DNA of 64,000 nucleotides from the NCBI RefSeq assembly GCF_006345805.1, contig NC_043009.1, forward strand, positions 57,164,001 through 57,228,000, read 5' to 3'. Made by a program: the position numbers and the translations under genes. Below are positions 13,149 to 26,155 of this stretch, piece by piece. The stretch is from Octopus sinensis. Lineage: Eukaryota. Position 1 is the stretch's first letter. Each line of letters opens with the position of its first letter. The notes under the pieces are model-generated. The model ran no database searches, had not been told where the DNA came from, and was given only the letters and a program-made list of their open reading frames with translations.

Positions 13149-14279
13149 CTGAAAGAATAATAACAGACATCACATATATATATATCTACACACACACACA
13201 TATCTTTATCAACATCATGTCCCTTTTTCATACTGACATGGGTAGTTTATATCAATCATCATCATCAACATTTAGTGTCTGCTTTCTATGCTGGCATGGG
13301 TTAGATGGTTTGATTGGAACTGGTAAGCTGGAGAGAGCTGCACCAAGATCCAGTCTGATTCGGCATGGTTTTCTATGGCTTGATGCCCTCCCTAACACCA
13401 ACCACTGCAAGAGTGTAACGGGTGCTTTTTATGTGCCACGGGCATGGGTGCCAGTTACATGACACTGGTATCAGCGACAACTATGATTTCATGTGGCTTC
13501 ATGAGTCTTCTTAAGCAAGATATATATATATACACACATACACACACACATATATATATCATCAGCGTCATTATCAAAGTTAACATCCATCTTCCATGCG
13601 TGCATGGGCAGGATGGCTGACAGGAGCTGGCCAGGTAGATAACCCTAGGCTGTGTCTGTTTCGACAGGGATTTTACGGCTGGATGCCCTTCCTAACACCA
13701 ACCACTCTGCAAAGTGCTTTTTATGTGGCACTAGCACAGGCGAAGTTAATTTGGCAAGGTTTTTACAGCTGGATGCTCGTCCAGATGCCAGCCACATTAC
13801 AGTGTGGACCGGATGCTTTTAAGTGTGGCACCAGCACTGGTAGGGTAACCAAGTAACTCACAAGACTAAGAATTATGAGAGGGGCAAGGTATTAGTGTCA
13901 GAGGATGAAAGCTAGAGTGAGACGGAGAGAGAAAGTGAGAGAGAAGACATAGTGAGAGAGAGGTACAAGAAAGAGGCCAGAAACAAGTATGCTGATGTAT
14001 AGGAGATACTTGCTTACCTAATCAGAGGAAAAGCGAGAGAAGGAAAGAGAGTACCAAAGGGAAATAGAAGCAGAGTAGGAAACAGCAAAAGTGTAAGAGA
14101 GAGCAGAAGAGAGAGGGTGTAGTGCTACGGTGTACTCATAAGTAAAAAGAATATGAGCATAGAACCTGGTTAGAAAAATAGGGTGTGGATGTTGGGGGTG
14201 TGGGGAGTAGTGATACAGTGTGCAGAGCAGTGAGAGCAAGAAAGGGGATTGGAAAATAATTGTGATTTATGAAAAGCAC

Positions 14280-14546
14280 CTAACTTGAACCTGTGTTGGT
14301 GGCATGTAAAAAGCACTATTTGAGCATGGCTGATGCCAGTGCCACCTGACTGGCTCCTGAGATGGTGGCATGTAAAAACACCCACCACACACACTTGGCG
14401 TGGTTGGTGTTAGGAAGGGCTTCCAGCTGTAGAAACTTTGCCAAATCAGATTGGAGCCTGGTGCAGCCTCCAGGCTTGCCAGCCCTGGTCAAACCATCCA
14501 ACCCATGCCAGCATGGAAAGCAGATGTTAAATGATGATGATGATGA
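14280..14546 (+). mobile_element. RTE 3' tail fragment
   Basis: Same tail sequence with (GAT)n end. Confidence 0.75.
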
Positions 14547-14639
14547 AATGTGAGGAAGAGAAAGATGCAGTTAGAAGTGGAGTTGTAATTTGATTTCTAA
14601 GGGTAGAGTGGGTGGGACACAACTCTTCTAGCACTCAGT

Positions 14640-15365
14640 TTTGTGACAGGTCTTCTCTAGAACCTCATATCACCAAACATCTTGGTCCACTGTCATTTCC
14701 TCCATGAGCCCCAACATCCTAAGATCAGTCCTCACCGCTTCATCCCATGTCTTCCTAGGCCTCCCTCTTCCACAGGTACCATCCACTTTCAGTGACAGGC
14801 ACTTCTGTATACAGACGATACTCATATGCATCACATGTCCAAATCAACACATTCTCCTCTCCTGCATACCACATTTAATCCCTCTTATGCCAAACTTTTC
14901 TCTCAACACCGTTGTGCTTTGTCGGTCATGAACACTGATGTTGCAAATCCAACGGAGCATACTACCTTCATTCTCCTCTAGTCTACACGTCCTCTACAGC
15001 CAGAGCCCATGTCTCACTACCATGTAACACAGCTGTTCACACACAAGTATCATACAACCTACCTTTCACTCTGAGAGAGAGTCCTTTTACTGCCAACAGA
15101 GGTAGGAGCTCTCTGAACTTCCTCCACCCTATTCTTATTCTAGAAACAATACTTTCAGAGATCCACAACCATTACTAATTTGGTCACCTAAATAGCAGAA
15201 ACTATCTGCTACCTCAAAAAAGCCTCATGGGCATTTGAGAGAGTTTAAGTCCCTCGTGTTCTTAGTACTTACTGTTCCTATGCACCTGCCACACACGAAA
15301 GCAACCTTATCTGATAACCTTCCCATGATTCCGCTGCATTTCTTATGTATCTATAGCTTACACTT
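14640..15365 (-). mobile_element. RTE LINE RT C-terminal remnant
   Basis: KFRELLPLL..KGLSLRVKGRLY...LHGSETWAL and GTCGRGRPRKTWDEAVR. Confidence 0.8.
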
Positions 15366-15504
15366 GGTGCAGCATTTATTTTCCCATCTTACCATGGATT
15401 GGATAGAAACATATTTTGAGAGGATTTTACAACTAATTGCTGTTCATGTTGACAGCCTTAACTGTTTTTCATTCAAGTAAGGGATTTTTTTTGTTTTATT
15501 CCAT

Positions 15505-16052
15505 ACATCATCATTTAATCTCCATTGTCCATGCTGGCATAGGTTGGACAGTTTGACCAGGGCTGGTAAGCTGGGAGGCTGCACCAGACTCAAGTCTGAT
15601 TTGGCATGGTTTTCTATGGTTTCATGTCCTTCCATGGGTACCATTTGCGTGACCCCAGTACCTGCCACAACTGCAATTGTGCTTGGCCTGATGGGTCTTC
15701 TTCTCAAGCACAACATAATGCCAAAGATCTCAGTCATTACCTCCATGAGGCCCAACACTTGAAAGGAACTCAGCTACTTTGCTTCTGTAAGGCCCAACAC
15801 TAAAAAAAAAAGGGCTCTTTAAGTCTCACTGGCATCAGCCATGACTACGGTTTCACTTAGCTTGATGGGTCTTCTCAAGGACAGCATGTTGCCAAAGGTC
15901 TCAGTCACTAGTTCACTAGTCATTGCCTCTGTAGGGCAGCTCAAGGTTCAAAGGTCATGCATAACCACTTCATCCCATGTCTTCCTGGGTCTACCTCTAC
16001 CACAGGTTCCCTCCACAGACAGAGATTGACACTTCTTTATACAGCTGTCCTC
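15505..16052 (-). mobile_element. RTE LINE 3' end
   Basis: EDSCIKKCQSLSVEGTCGRGRPRKTWDEVV plus tail. Confidence 0.8.
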
Positions 16053-16096
16053 GTTGTATATATATATATATATACACACACATATATATGAATGAT

Positions 16097-16134
<38 letters not shown>

Positions 16135-16914
16135 TATATATATGAATGATTATACGTGTGTATATACACAAAAAACACAAATATTATGGTAGAAGTCAAT
16201 TTCTGTCCAAGTACTACAAGCACTTCTTGGAAAATTTTTTATTTCTTTAATGTTACCATAGAAGCTCCCAAACAGAGGGCAAGCAGCAATTGCAGGGTTT
16301 ATTGGCCAGTACCTGAATTAGATAAGCTTAGTTTAGACTAACTTTTCTTGGTCTCCCTAAAATGGGTTGGACTGCACAGTCACTGCAGGTACTGCTAAAT
16401 CCATCACCTTAGTTTGGAAAAGAAATTTAGAAATTATTTCAAATGGTTTTCTACACCAAAATATTATTCTCTTGGACTTGTTCTGACATGGACAGGTGTA
16501 TCTATATTGTTGTCTAGTTCTAGAAAGCTGGTAACCCTCTACAGGAGTAGGATCAACGACTATCATACATATTCTTTTATATATTTGTCATTTGACTGCG
16601 ACCATTCTGGAGCACCACCTTGAACTTTTTATGGTCGAATGAATCAACCCCATTACTTAAGCCTTGTCAAGCGGTGATGGGGGACAAACACACATATATA
16701 TATATATGTGACAGACTTCTTTCAGTTTCTGTCTACCAAATCCACTAACAAAGCTTTACTCAGTCCGAGGCTATATATGACCCTTGCTCAAGGTACCACG
16801 TAGTGAGACTGAACCCAGAACCATGTGGTTGGGAGGCAAGCTTCTTACCACACAGCCACACACACAAATATACACGATAATATACATACATAAATACACA
16901 CAACTGTCTCTCCT

Positions 16915-17076
16915 TCTATATATATATGCATATATATATATACACACATATATATATATATATACACACATATATATATATACACACATATATATATATA
17001 TACACACATATATATATATACACATATATATATATATATACACACACATATATATATATATTATATATATATATAT

Positions 17077-17125
<49 letters not shown>

Positions 17126-17230
17126 TACACACACACATAAATATATGTCGTTTAAAAATAAAAACAAGTTTATATAAACATATATGTAACATGCTTGTGG
17201 AAAACGCGCATGCATACATACACACCACAT

Positions 17231-17279
<49 letters not shown>

Positions 17280-17305
17280 CATACATACATACACATACAT
17301 ATGTA
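16915..17305. repeat. (TA)n/(CA)n/(GA)n compound microsatellite in SUGT1 intron 1
   Basis: Direct inspection. Confidence 0.95.
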
Positions 17306-17507
17306 TCCACACACCGATTTGAAAAGGTTAAAGGGGTGCTTAGAGGCGAGATGTATGTTAAGTTGTGAAAAGCACAAATAAAAGGAAATCGTAGCTGAAA
17401 GGTAAAAAACAAATGATAGTAAAGTGCACAGATACATATATATAAACATATACAGATAAAATATGTACGATATATGTATATATAAATATATATAAAGTGA
17501 GACATAC

Positions 17508-17533
17508 GAAAACAAGGAATCACAATTGTCCAT
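17508..17533 (-). CDS. SUGT1: SGT1 homolog, coding exon 1 (MDNCDSLF-S)
   Basis: ATG at 17533, 26 nt, ends at a phase-2 GTATGT donor; joins in frame to exon 13100-13148. Confidence 0.85.
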
Positions 17534-17625
17534 GTTGCTAGCAACGAAGCAGAGGAATTCTGGGAAATCTTCTGGAAACTTCCTCAGGACACCAAAAGTT
17601 ATCTCCCTTCCGTATGATGGCGCTC
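17534..17625 (-). promoter_or_regulatory. SUGT1 proximal promoter/5'UTR with HSE and RFX X-box-like palindrome
   Basis: cTTCt-gGAAa-cTTCc at 17569-17583; perfect palindrome GTTGCTAGCAAC at 17534-17545; GATGGCG near 17617. Confidence 0.6.
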
Positions 17626-17844
17626 AGCTGCTTTGATTTATTTATTTATTTATTTGTCTTTTTGTTGTCTTTGTTCTGCTTCTTTATCTCATTAATGGTT
17701 TATAAGAAAATGTTATTAGTTGGGCAATGTTTTTCAACCATGAAAAATTACTTGATTTTTTAACCTTGTTTTCATACTTTTCCTAACCTTATTTTCGTAC
17801 ATTTATTTTTTTACTTTGTTTTTAAAAACTTTATTATTAATATT

Positions 17845-18810
17845 CCTTTCTATTATAGGCACAAGGTCTGAAATTTTGGAAGTGGGAGTACAGTCAATTA
17901 CATTGATCCCAGTGCTCAACTGGTACTTGTTTCATAGACTATGGAAAGATGAAAAGCTAAGTTGACCTCGGCGGAATTTGAACTCAGAACGTAACACCGG
18001 GCGAAATACCTATTTCTTTACTACCCACAAGGGGCTAAACAAAGGGGGGACAAACAAGGACAGACAAATGGATTAAGTCGGTTATATCGACTCCAGTGCG
18101 TAACTGGTACTTATTTAATCGACCCCGAAAGGATGAAAGGCAAAGTTGACCTCGGCGAAATTTGAACTCAGAACGCAGCGGCAGACGAAATACCTATTTC
18201 TTTACTACCCACAAGGGGCTAAACACAGAGAGGACAAACAAGGACAGACAAAGGGATTAAGTCGATTACATCGACCCTAGTGCGTAACTGGTACTTAATT
18301 TATCGACCCGGAAAGGATGAAAGGCAACGTCGACCTTGGCTGAATTTGAACTCAGAACGTAACGGCAGACGAAATACCGGTAAGCATTTTGCCCGGCGTG
18401 CTAACGATTCTGCCGATTATAAATCTTGGCACAAGGCCTACAATTTCGAGGGAGGGGATAACTCAGTTACTTCGACCCTAGCACTCAACTGATACTTATT
18501 TTGTCAGCCCCGAAAGAATGAAAGACAAAGTCGACCTCGGCGGTGGCAGAAACGTTGGTAAAGCCGGGCAAAATGCGTAGCCGTATTTCGTCTGTCGTTA
18601 CGTTCTGAGTTCAAATTCCGCCGAGGTCGACTTTGCCTTTCATCCTTTCGGGGTCTATAAATTAAGTACCAGTTACGCACTGGGGTCGATGTAATTGACT
18701 TAATACCTATGTCTGTTTTTGTTTATCCCCTCTATGTTTAGCCCCTTGTGAGTAATAAAGAAATAGGTATTTGATCTCAGAATGTAAAGATGGACGAAAT
18801 GCCGCTAAGC
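17845..18810. mobile_element. Cluster of family A SINEs (head-to-tail minus-strand copies, then a plus-strand copy)
   Basis: Repeated gaccccgaaaggatgaaaggcaaagtcgacctcggcgg motif; plus copy about 18545-18770. Confidence 0.85.
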
Positions 18811-18967
18811 GTTTTGATGTACGAGAATCATCAAAACAATTCTTAAAGAGTAGCTGTTGCGGAAATTTAATTTAGTACAATATGATGTCATATTATAATA
18901 TATTTTGCAAGGATTTTTTTCAGCATCGAAAAACTGTGTTCTACAGCAGCTGATGTCGCTTGTTATT

Positions 18968-19203
18968 GCGGCGAGCTGGCAGAAACGTTAGCACGCCGGG
19001 CGAAATGCGTAGCCGTATTTCGTCTGCCGTTACGTTCTGAGTTCAAATTCCGCCGAGGTCGACTTTGCCTTTCATCCTTTCAGTGTCGATAGATTAAGTA
19101 CCAATTACGCACTGAGGTCGATATAATCGATTTAATCCGTTTTTCTGTCCTTGTTTGTCCCCTCTGTGTTTAGCCCCTTGTGGGTAGTAAAGAAATAGGT
19201 ATT
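18968..19203 (+). mobile_element. Family A SINE
   Basis: Full-length copy. Confidence 0.9.
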
Positions 19204-19429
19204 GTCTCAGACCTGCATTTTTTTTTTTTTTTTTTTTTTTTTGCTTTGGTGTCATAAAGTAATAAAGTATAATTTATAGAGAATTCATTTAGAAATTAAG
19301 ATCAATTACCTTACAATGAAAATACCAGTTGGTAAACACGGCAGTACAGTGAGAAAAAAGAGAACAGAAATAAATAACCCTCTAGTGTATTTTCTATCTG
19401 CCACATCTGACGGGTTTACTAGTGTCCGT

Positions 19430-19657
19430 TTATTTACGACCCACAAGGGGCTACACACAGAGGGGACAAACAAGGACAGACAATCGGATTAAGTCGATTA
19501 CATCGACCCCAGTGCGTAACTGGTACTTAATTTATCGACCCCGAAAGGATGAAAGGCAAAGTCGACCTCGGCGGAATTTGAACTCAGAACGTAAAGGCAG
19601 ACGAAATACGGCCACGCATTTTGCCCGGTGTGCTAACGGTTCTGCCAGCTCGCCGCC
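19430..19657 (-). mobile_element. Family A SINE
   Basis: Full-length reverse-complement copy. Confidence 0.9.
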
Positions 19658-19769
19658 TTTTACAAAACGGGAGATACAAAACAATTGTTATAATTTGCAA
19701 TAATTAAGTGAAAAGAAATATATTTTACAAAAGAAAAACAAATATAAAAAAAAAGAAAAACATCAAAGC

Positions 19770-20560
19770 AATGTGTGCGACACCAAGTACCTCACTTGAT
19801 CGTACACTACAAGGTTCAACGGAACTTGCTGAAGCAAACCAACACGCTCGCGGTGTTACCATAGGTGATGGTGAGACTAAGGCGTTGAAACAGCCAAGTA
19901 CCCTCGCAGGCATCACCGGATGGATACCTCTGTAAGGCGAGCTGCCAACGATGACCGCTGTTAGCGGCCCAGCCCCTCCAACTATCTCAAATGCCAAAGG
20001 CTGGAAAACACTTTATATATATATTTCTTTACTACCCACAAGGGGCTACACACAGAGGGGGCAAACAAGGACAGACAAACGGATTACATCGACCCCAGTG
20101 CGTAACTGGTACTTAGCCAGGTGCCAATACTTCAGGATTTTGTTCCATTCGGCTACGGAAGCAGTTACCCTCCCATTTATCGCAGCATCCAGGATGTGGG
20201 AGGGTACAAAAGAGTTACAGGTTGTGGCGTTCCAGATGAGGCACCCACCGCTAATCCAGAGACAGTGGGTTAAGACCATCTGCTCTCTTCCCATCACTTC
20301 TGAATAACCCTGCCGGCTCCAGCATCGAGGGGAAATTAACCCGAGCCAGGGTCCGCTTAATGATTAAGTTTAGTTCGGTGTGACGAGCGAAACGACCAGC
20401 ATTTAGGCGGCAAAACAAACTGTGAAGACCTGTGGGGGCCGAGAGGCCTACCACAGCGACATCTCAGTCCCCTACAGTCGTCAGTTCCCACTTTGAGTAT
20501 GATGGACATGCAGAGCTCATCTAAACTGAGTAAACCACTAATTTCTTGCAAGGGAGATCA
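19770..20560 (-). mobile_element. CRE-clade-like non-LTR retrotransposon C-terminus (CCHC + restriction-like endonuclease), interrupted by a SINE fragment at about 20010-20115
   Basis: CRCG...GLHSLFCR..AGRFARHTELN.II.R...LEPAGLFRSDGKRADG; GCLIWNATT..SF..SH; FQPLAFEIVG. Confidence 0.75.
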
Positions 20561-21388
20561 TTCAACGTTACAAGTAGGTTAGCAATTTTTTTGTTCTTTG
20601 ATCTCATTTTCATCAACAATTAATTATACATTTTGATCAACCAGGCAACTCTTGCAATTTTCAACTGTGTTTGCACAAAGCATATCAGTATATTTTCGGC
20701 ACGTAGATTGAGATGCAGTGGCTTATTGATAGAATCAAAGTGATTTCTCAAAATTGAATTAGTGAGCTTAATAGGGTAATTAAAAAAGAACTCCTCAATC
20801 AACTTTAAAAAAGAACTCCTCAATCAACTTTAAAAAAGATCCAGCAACGCAACAGCAAAAGAAAATGCAGAAGATCGTTTTCCTCTGCTTTAATGAGATT
20901 CAAAACCGAATCCACATTTCTATTGCTTGTCAGACGAATGTCTGGTCCTCTGTTTTAGGATTGACCAACTTCTTTTGCCAAACCTTATATAAATAAATGA
21001 AAGGTTTGTTTCACTCTCTTTGCTATCTGCCGGTTAACCGAGAGCATTTTCGGGCTGAATTGAAAGGGACAACACAGTTCTTACCCTTTCTTCCTCTCTC
21101 ACACATACACACACCATGAGCATGCGAGCAACAACATTGTCAATGTCACTTACTGTAATTATTACTGCCAACATTTGCATCACTGTTCCAACGGCCAAAT
21201 AAAACCGATAAATAATTCTTTTTTCGGTGTTTCTTTCGTATACTGTCCCTCGACTTCGACCAAACATTACAGCAGTGGTTCCCAGATTTTTTCAGGCTGC
21301 CATCCCCTTGGAACCCAGACCAAAATCCTAACGCCCCTTCCTCGTACACCACCATAAACATTGACCATTTTCTACAGCAAATTCAAAG

Positions 21389-21443
21389 CAACTATATTTC
21401 ACATATGAACTTAACCTAATAAATCCATTATTTTGGAGGTTTT

Positions 21444-21475
<32 letters not shown>

Positions 21476-21596
21476 CATACATACATACATACATACATTC
21501 TGGCACTCCGTCGGTTACGACGACGAATGTTCCAGTTGATCAACTATATTTCACATATGAACTTAACCTAATAAATCCATTATTTTGGAGGTTTTT

Positions 21597-21628
<32 letters not shown>

Positions 21629-21753
21629 CATACATACATACATACATACATACATTCTGGCACTCCGTCGGTTACGACGACGAATGTTCCAGTTGATCAA
21701 CTATATTTCACATATGAACTTAACCTAATAAATCCATTATTTTGGAGGTTTTT

Positions 21754-21785
<32 letters not shown>

Positions 21786-21906
21786 CATACATACATACAT
21801 ACATACATTCTGGCACTCCGTCGGTTACGACGACGAATGTTCCAGTTGATCAACTATATTTCACATATGAACTTAACATAATAAATCCATTATTTTGGAG
21901 GTTTTT

Positions 21907-21938
<32 letters not shown>

Positions 21939-22736
21939 CATACATACATACATACATACATTCTGGCACTCCGTCGGTTACGGACGACGAATGTTCCAGT
22001 TGATCAACTATATTTCACATATGACAACTAACCTAATAAATCCATTGTTTTGGAGTGTTTTTTTACCATACATACATACATACATACATACATACATACA
22101 TACATACATACATACATACATACATACATTCTGGTACTCCGTCGGTTACGACGACGAATGTTCAGTTGATCAAATAATTTCACATATGAACTTAACCTAA
22201 TAAATCCATTATTTTGGAGGGTTTTTTTACATACATACATAGATACATACATACATACATACATACATACATACATACATACATACATACATACATACAT
22301 ACATACATACATTCTGGCACTCCGTCGGTTACAACGACGAATGTTCCAGTTGATCAACTATATTTCACATATGAACTTAACCTAATAAATCGATTATTTT
22401 GGAGGTTTTTTTTACATACATACATACATACATACATAAATACATTCTGGCACTCCGTCGGTTACGACGACGAATGTTCCAGTTGATCAACTATATTTCA
22501 CATATGAACTTAACCTAATAAATCTATTATTTTGGAGGTTTTTTTTACATACATACATACATACATACATACAAACATACATACATACATACATACATAC
22601 ATACATACATACATACATACATACATACATAAATACATTCTGGCACTCCGTCGGTTACGACGACGAATGTTCCAGTTGATCAACTATATTTCACATATGA
22701 ACTTAACCTAATAAATCCATTATTTTGGAGGTTTTT

Positions 22737-22768
<32 letters not shown>

Positions 22769-23070
22769 CATACATACATACATACATACATACATACATA
22801 CATACATACATTCTGGCACTCCGTCGGTTACGACGACGAATGTTCCAGTTGATCAACTATATTCACATATGAACTTACCTAATAAATCCATTATTTTGGA
22901 GGTTTTTTTACATACATACATACACATACATACATACATACATACATACATACATACATACATACATACATACATTCTGGCACTCCGTCGGTTACGACGA
23001 CGAATGTTCCAGTTGATCAACTATATTTCACATATGAACTTAACCAAAATCGATTATTTTGGAGGTTTTT

Positions 23071-23102
<32 letters not shown>

Positions 23103-23219
23103 CATACATACATACATACATTCTGGCACTCCGTCGGTTACGACGACGAATGTTCCAGTTGATCAACTATATTTCACATATGAACTTAACCTAATAAATC
23201 CATTATTTTGGAGGTTTTT

Positions 23220-23251
<32 letters not shown>

Positions 23252-23367
23252 CATACATACATAAATACATTCTGGCACTCCGTCGGTTACGACGACGAAT
23301 GTTCCAGTTGATCAACTATATTTCACATATGAACTTAACCTAATAAATCCATTATTTTGGAGGTTTT

Positions 23368-23399
<32 letters not shown>

Positions 23400-23638
23400 C
23401 ATACATACATACATACATACATACATTCTGGCACTCCGTCGGTACGACGACGAATGTTCCAGTTGATCAACTATATTTCACATATGAACTTAACCTAATA
23501 AATCGATTATTTTGGAGGTTTTTTTGTTACATACATACATACTACATACATACATACATACATACATACATACATACATACTACATACATACATACATAC
23601 ATTCTGGCACTCCGTCGGTTACGACGACGAATGTTCCA
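21389..23638 (+). repeat. Minisatellite array 1: 14 units of ~100 bp constant sequence plus (ATAC)n
   Basis: 14 occurrences of ctgg(c/t)actccgtcggttacgacgacgaatgttcc; periods 133-193 bp. Confidence 0.95.
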
Positions 23639-23879
23639 TCACCCCCTTTTGATCATCCCATTATCATCCCACATTTCTTCAATGCCCCTGTTAATTGAAA
23701 ATCCAGAAAGTCCAAGCGATAAAATTATTCTTTGGAGAGTATATAAATGCGCGCGTGGTAGGCCCAGGGTGTAGTAGTAAAAACTTCCTAAGGTTACCGC
23801 GAAGTGAGACAGACCAAAGACCACATGGTTTGAAAAGAGCCTCTTGGAAGGCACGTGTTAAATGAATAACATTACCCTC

Positions 23880-24349
23880 TGTATGTATGTATGTATGTTA
23901 TGTATGTATGTATGTATGTATGTATGTATGTATGTATGTATGTATGTATGTATGTTATATATGTATGCATGCATGCATGTATGATGTATGTATGTATGTA
24001 TGTATGCATGTATGTATGTATGTATGTATGTAGTATGTATGTATGTATGTGTGTGTGTGTGTATGTTTGTATGTAGTATGTATGTATGTATGTATGAATG
24101 TAGTATGTATGTAGTATGTAGTATGTATGTATGTGTGTATGTATGATGTATGTATGTATTTATGTATGTATGTATGTATGTGTGTATGTATATGTGTATG
24201 TATGTGTGTATGTATGTATGTATGTATGTATGTATTTATGTATGTATGTATGTATGTATTTATGTATGTATGTATGCATGCATGTATGATGTATGTATGT
24301 ATGTATGTATATGTATGTATGTATGTATGTATGCATGCATGTATGTATG
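23880..24349 (+). repeat. (TATG)n block, copy 1 (others at 29158-29745, 34896-35353, 40182-40649)
   Basis: Direct inspection. Confidence 0.95.
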
Positions 24350-24369
24350 GCGGAGTGGGATGATATTTG

Positions 24370-25086
24370 GGATTCGTTTCCTTTTGAACGGCAGTTTTTG
24401 AACATAATTTCTAGGTAACTAAAAGTTTTAAACTTCGTATACTGGTAGAATGTGTTTATATAAACATCATTTTCTCTTGGTTATTGAGAAAATTCTATAG
24501 TTTGTAAGATATTTCGTCTGAAAATCCGAGCATTTCGGCAATTTTAACCAATCGATTACCTCATTGAACTAAAATCATTTGCTGCGTCTAAAACTGAAAC
24601 AACATCCTGTCACTAACCCTCAACCTAACCCTAACCCTAATTTTTTTCTTAGTTGTTAAATTAATTTGTTACGCGTGTAAAAAAAAAACGAAAGCAATGG
24701 AAAATAATTTAAACAATTAACAAACAAAATAATTCTATAATTTTGTTTGTTAATTGTTTAAATTATTTTCCATTGCTTTAGTTTTTTTTACACGCGTAAC
24801 AATTAAATTAATTTAACATTAAAAAAAAAAATTAGGGTTGGGGTTAGGTTGAGGGTTAGTGACAGGATGTTGTCTCAGTTTTAGACGCAGTAAATGATTT
24901 TTAGCTCAAAAGAGAGCATAGGATTGGTTAAAATTCGAAAAATTAAACTTCGTTAAACAAACAAATTACAATTTTCTCAGAAAGCCAAGAGAAAAAATGT
25001 TTTATTTTGACACATTCTACCAGTATACGAAGTTTTAAAGAGTATAGTTAACTAGAAATTGTCTGCCGTTCAAAAGGAAAAGATCC
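24370..25086. mobile_element. ~720-bp palindromic MITE, Merlin-like (copy 1)
   Basis: TIR ggatcttttccttttgaacggcag (degraded on the left here); 8-bp TSD gatatttg. Confidence 0.85.
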
Positions 25087-25289
25087 GATATTTGTTAAGA
25101 GAATTCCTGTTCGATGGCTAATTCTCATGAAGATCTTATGATCAAAGCGTCTCTGTCGCAAACAACCTGTTTTACATTCATATCATATACCCAATGTGTC
25201 CATTCAATTTTAGGACAGCAGTGTGTGTTCGAGAGAAATTTCAGAGAAATATCGTTCGAAGGTCGTTGATACATTTAAGGTCGTTGACA

Positions 25290-26155
25290 CATTTTGAACA
25301 TGATCAGCTGTATGCGAATGCATGCAATCAAACCTACCAATACTCTTACAGAGCCCCCAAATGAGAAACCGATAGATAAAGCTATCTACAAAATAGTAAA
25401 TGTCAGGGAAAAAAAAAACCTTAAAAACAATTCTCAAGGGCAAAATTCACATCAGAGAATGAAACAGAATTCTCCGTAAAAGAATGTGGAGATAGCAGAT
25501 GTGGAATATGCAACAACAACGATGACTTCAAAATATATTGATGGGAACCCACATAAAATTCAAGAGTGGATTCTCGTTTAACGTAAATGCAAATATGACC
25601 TGCAAGACACAAGAAATCTCATTCTACTGCATCACTTGCCCCAAATGTAAGGAGAATTATATTGGCGAAACGCGCAAGAATCCACAGGCAGCAAATGTTA
25701 CAAGAGGAACTACGGAAACTTCCACTGAGCAAACATTGGAAATATGTGGAGAGGAAAATCCAAGATCCTCCCCGGATCTTTCATTTTCAAGGCCTGATTG
25801 TCAGATTTTTCTAGTTAACTAAATAATTTGAAACTTCGTATACTGGTAGAGTGTCTCAAAAGAAAACACTAGTTTCAACTTGTTTATGTGAGAAAAATGT
25901 ATTTTTAACTTTAAACGTAGATTAAATCTGCGAATTTTAACCAATCGTATTGTTTGTTTTCATTTGAAATAATTAACTATTTCCCAGTATACGAAGTTTC
26001 AAATTGTTTGGTTAAGTAGGAAAAATCTGACACAAATCAGGCCTTGAAAATGAAAAGATCCTCTTCCCCTTCTATAAATGCTCAAGAAACGACCCAACTT
26101 CCGAAAGACAATGGAACTATATTTCATAAAGAAGTTCTCACCAAAATTAAAAGGT
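25290..26155 (+). pseudogene. Penelope-like retroelement GIY-YIG endonuclease remnant (copy 1), MITE at 25774-26061
   Basis: ECGDSRCGIC...FNVNANMTCKTQ..YCITCPKCKENYIGET...ELYFIKKFSPKL; frameshifted. Confidence 0.85.

Noticed and set aside
17614-17763. Divergent small ORF (MMALSCFDLF...) from a bidirectional promoter
   Set aside because: About 50 codons of T-rich low-complexity sequence, with no splice or homology support
20782-20840. 25-bp tandem duplication aaaaaagaactcctcaatcaacttt
   Set aside because: Ordinary local slippage duplication with no further structure
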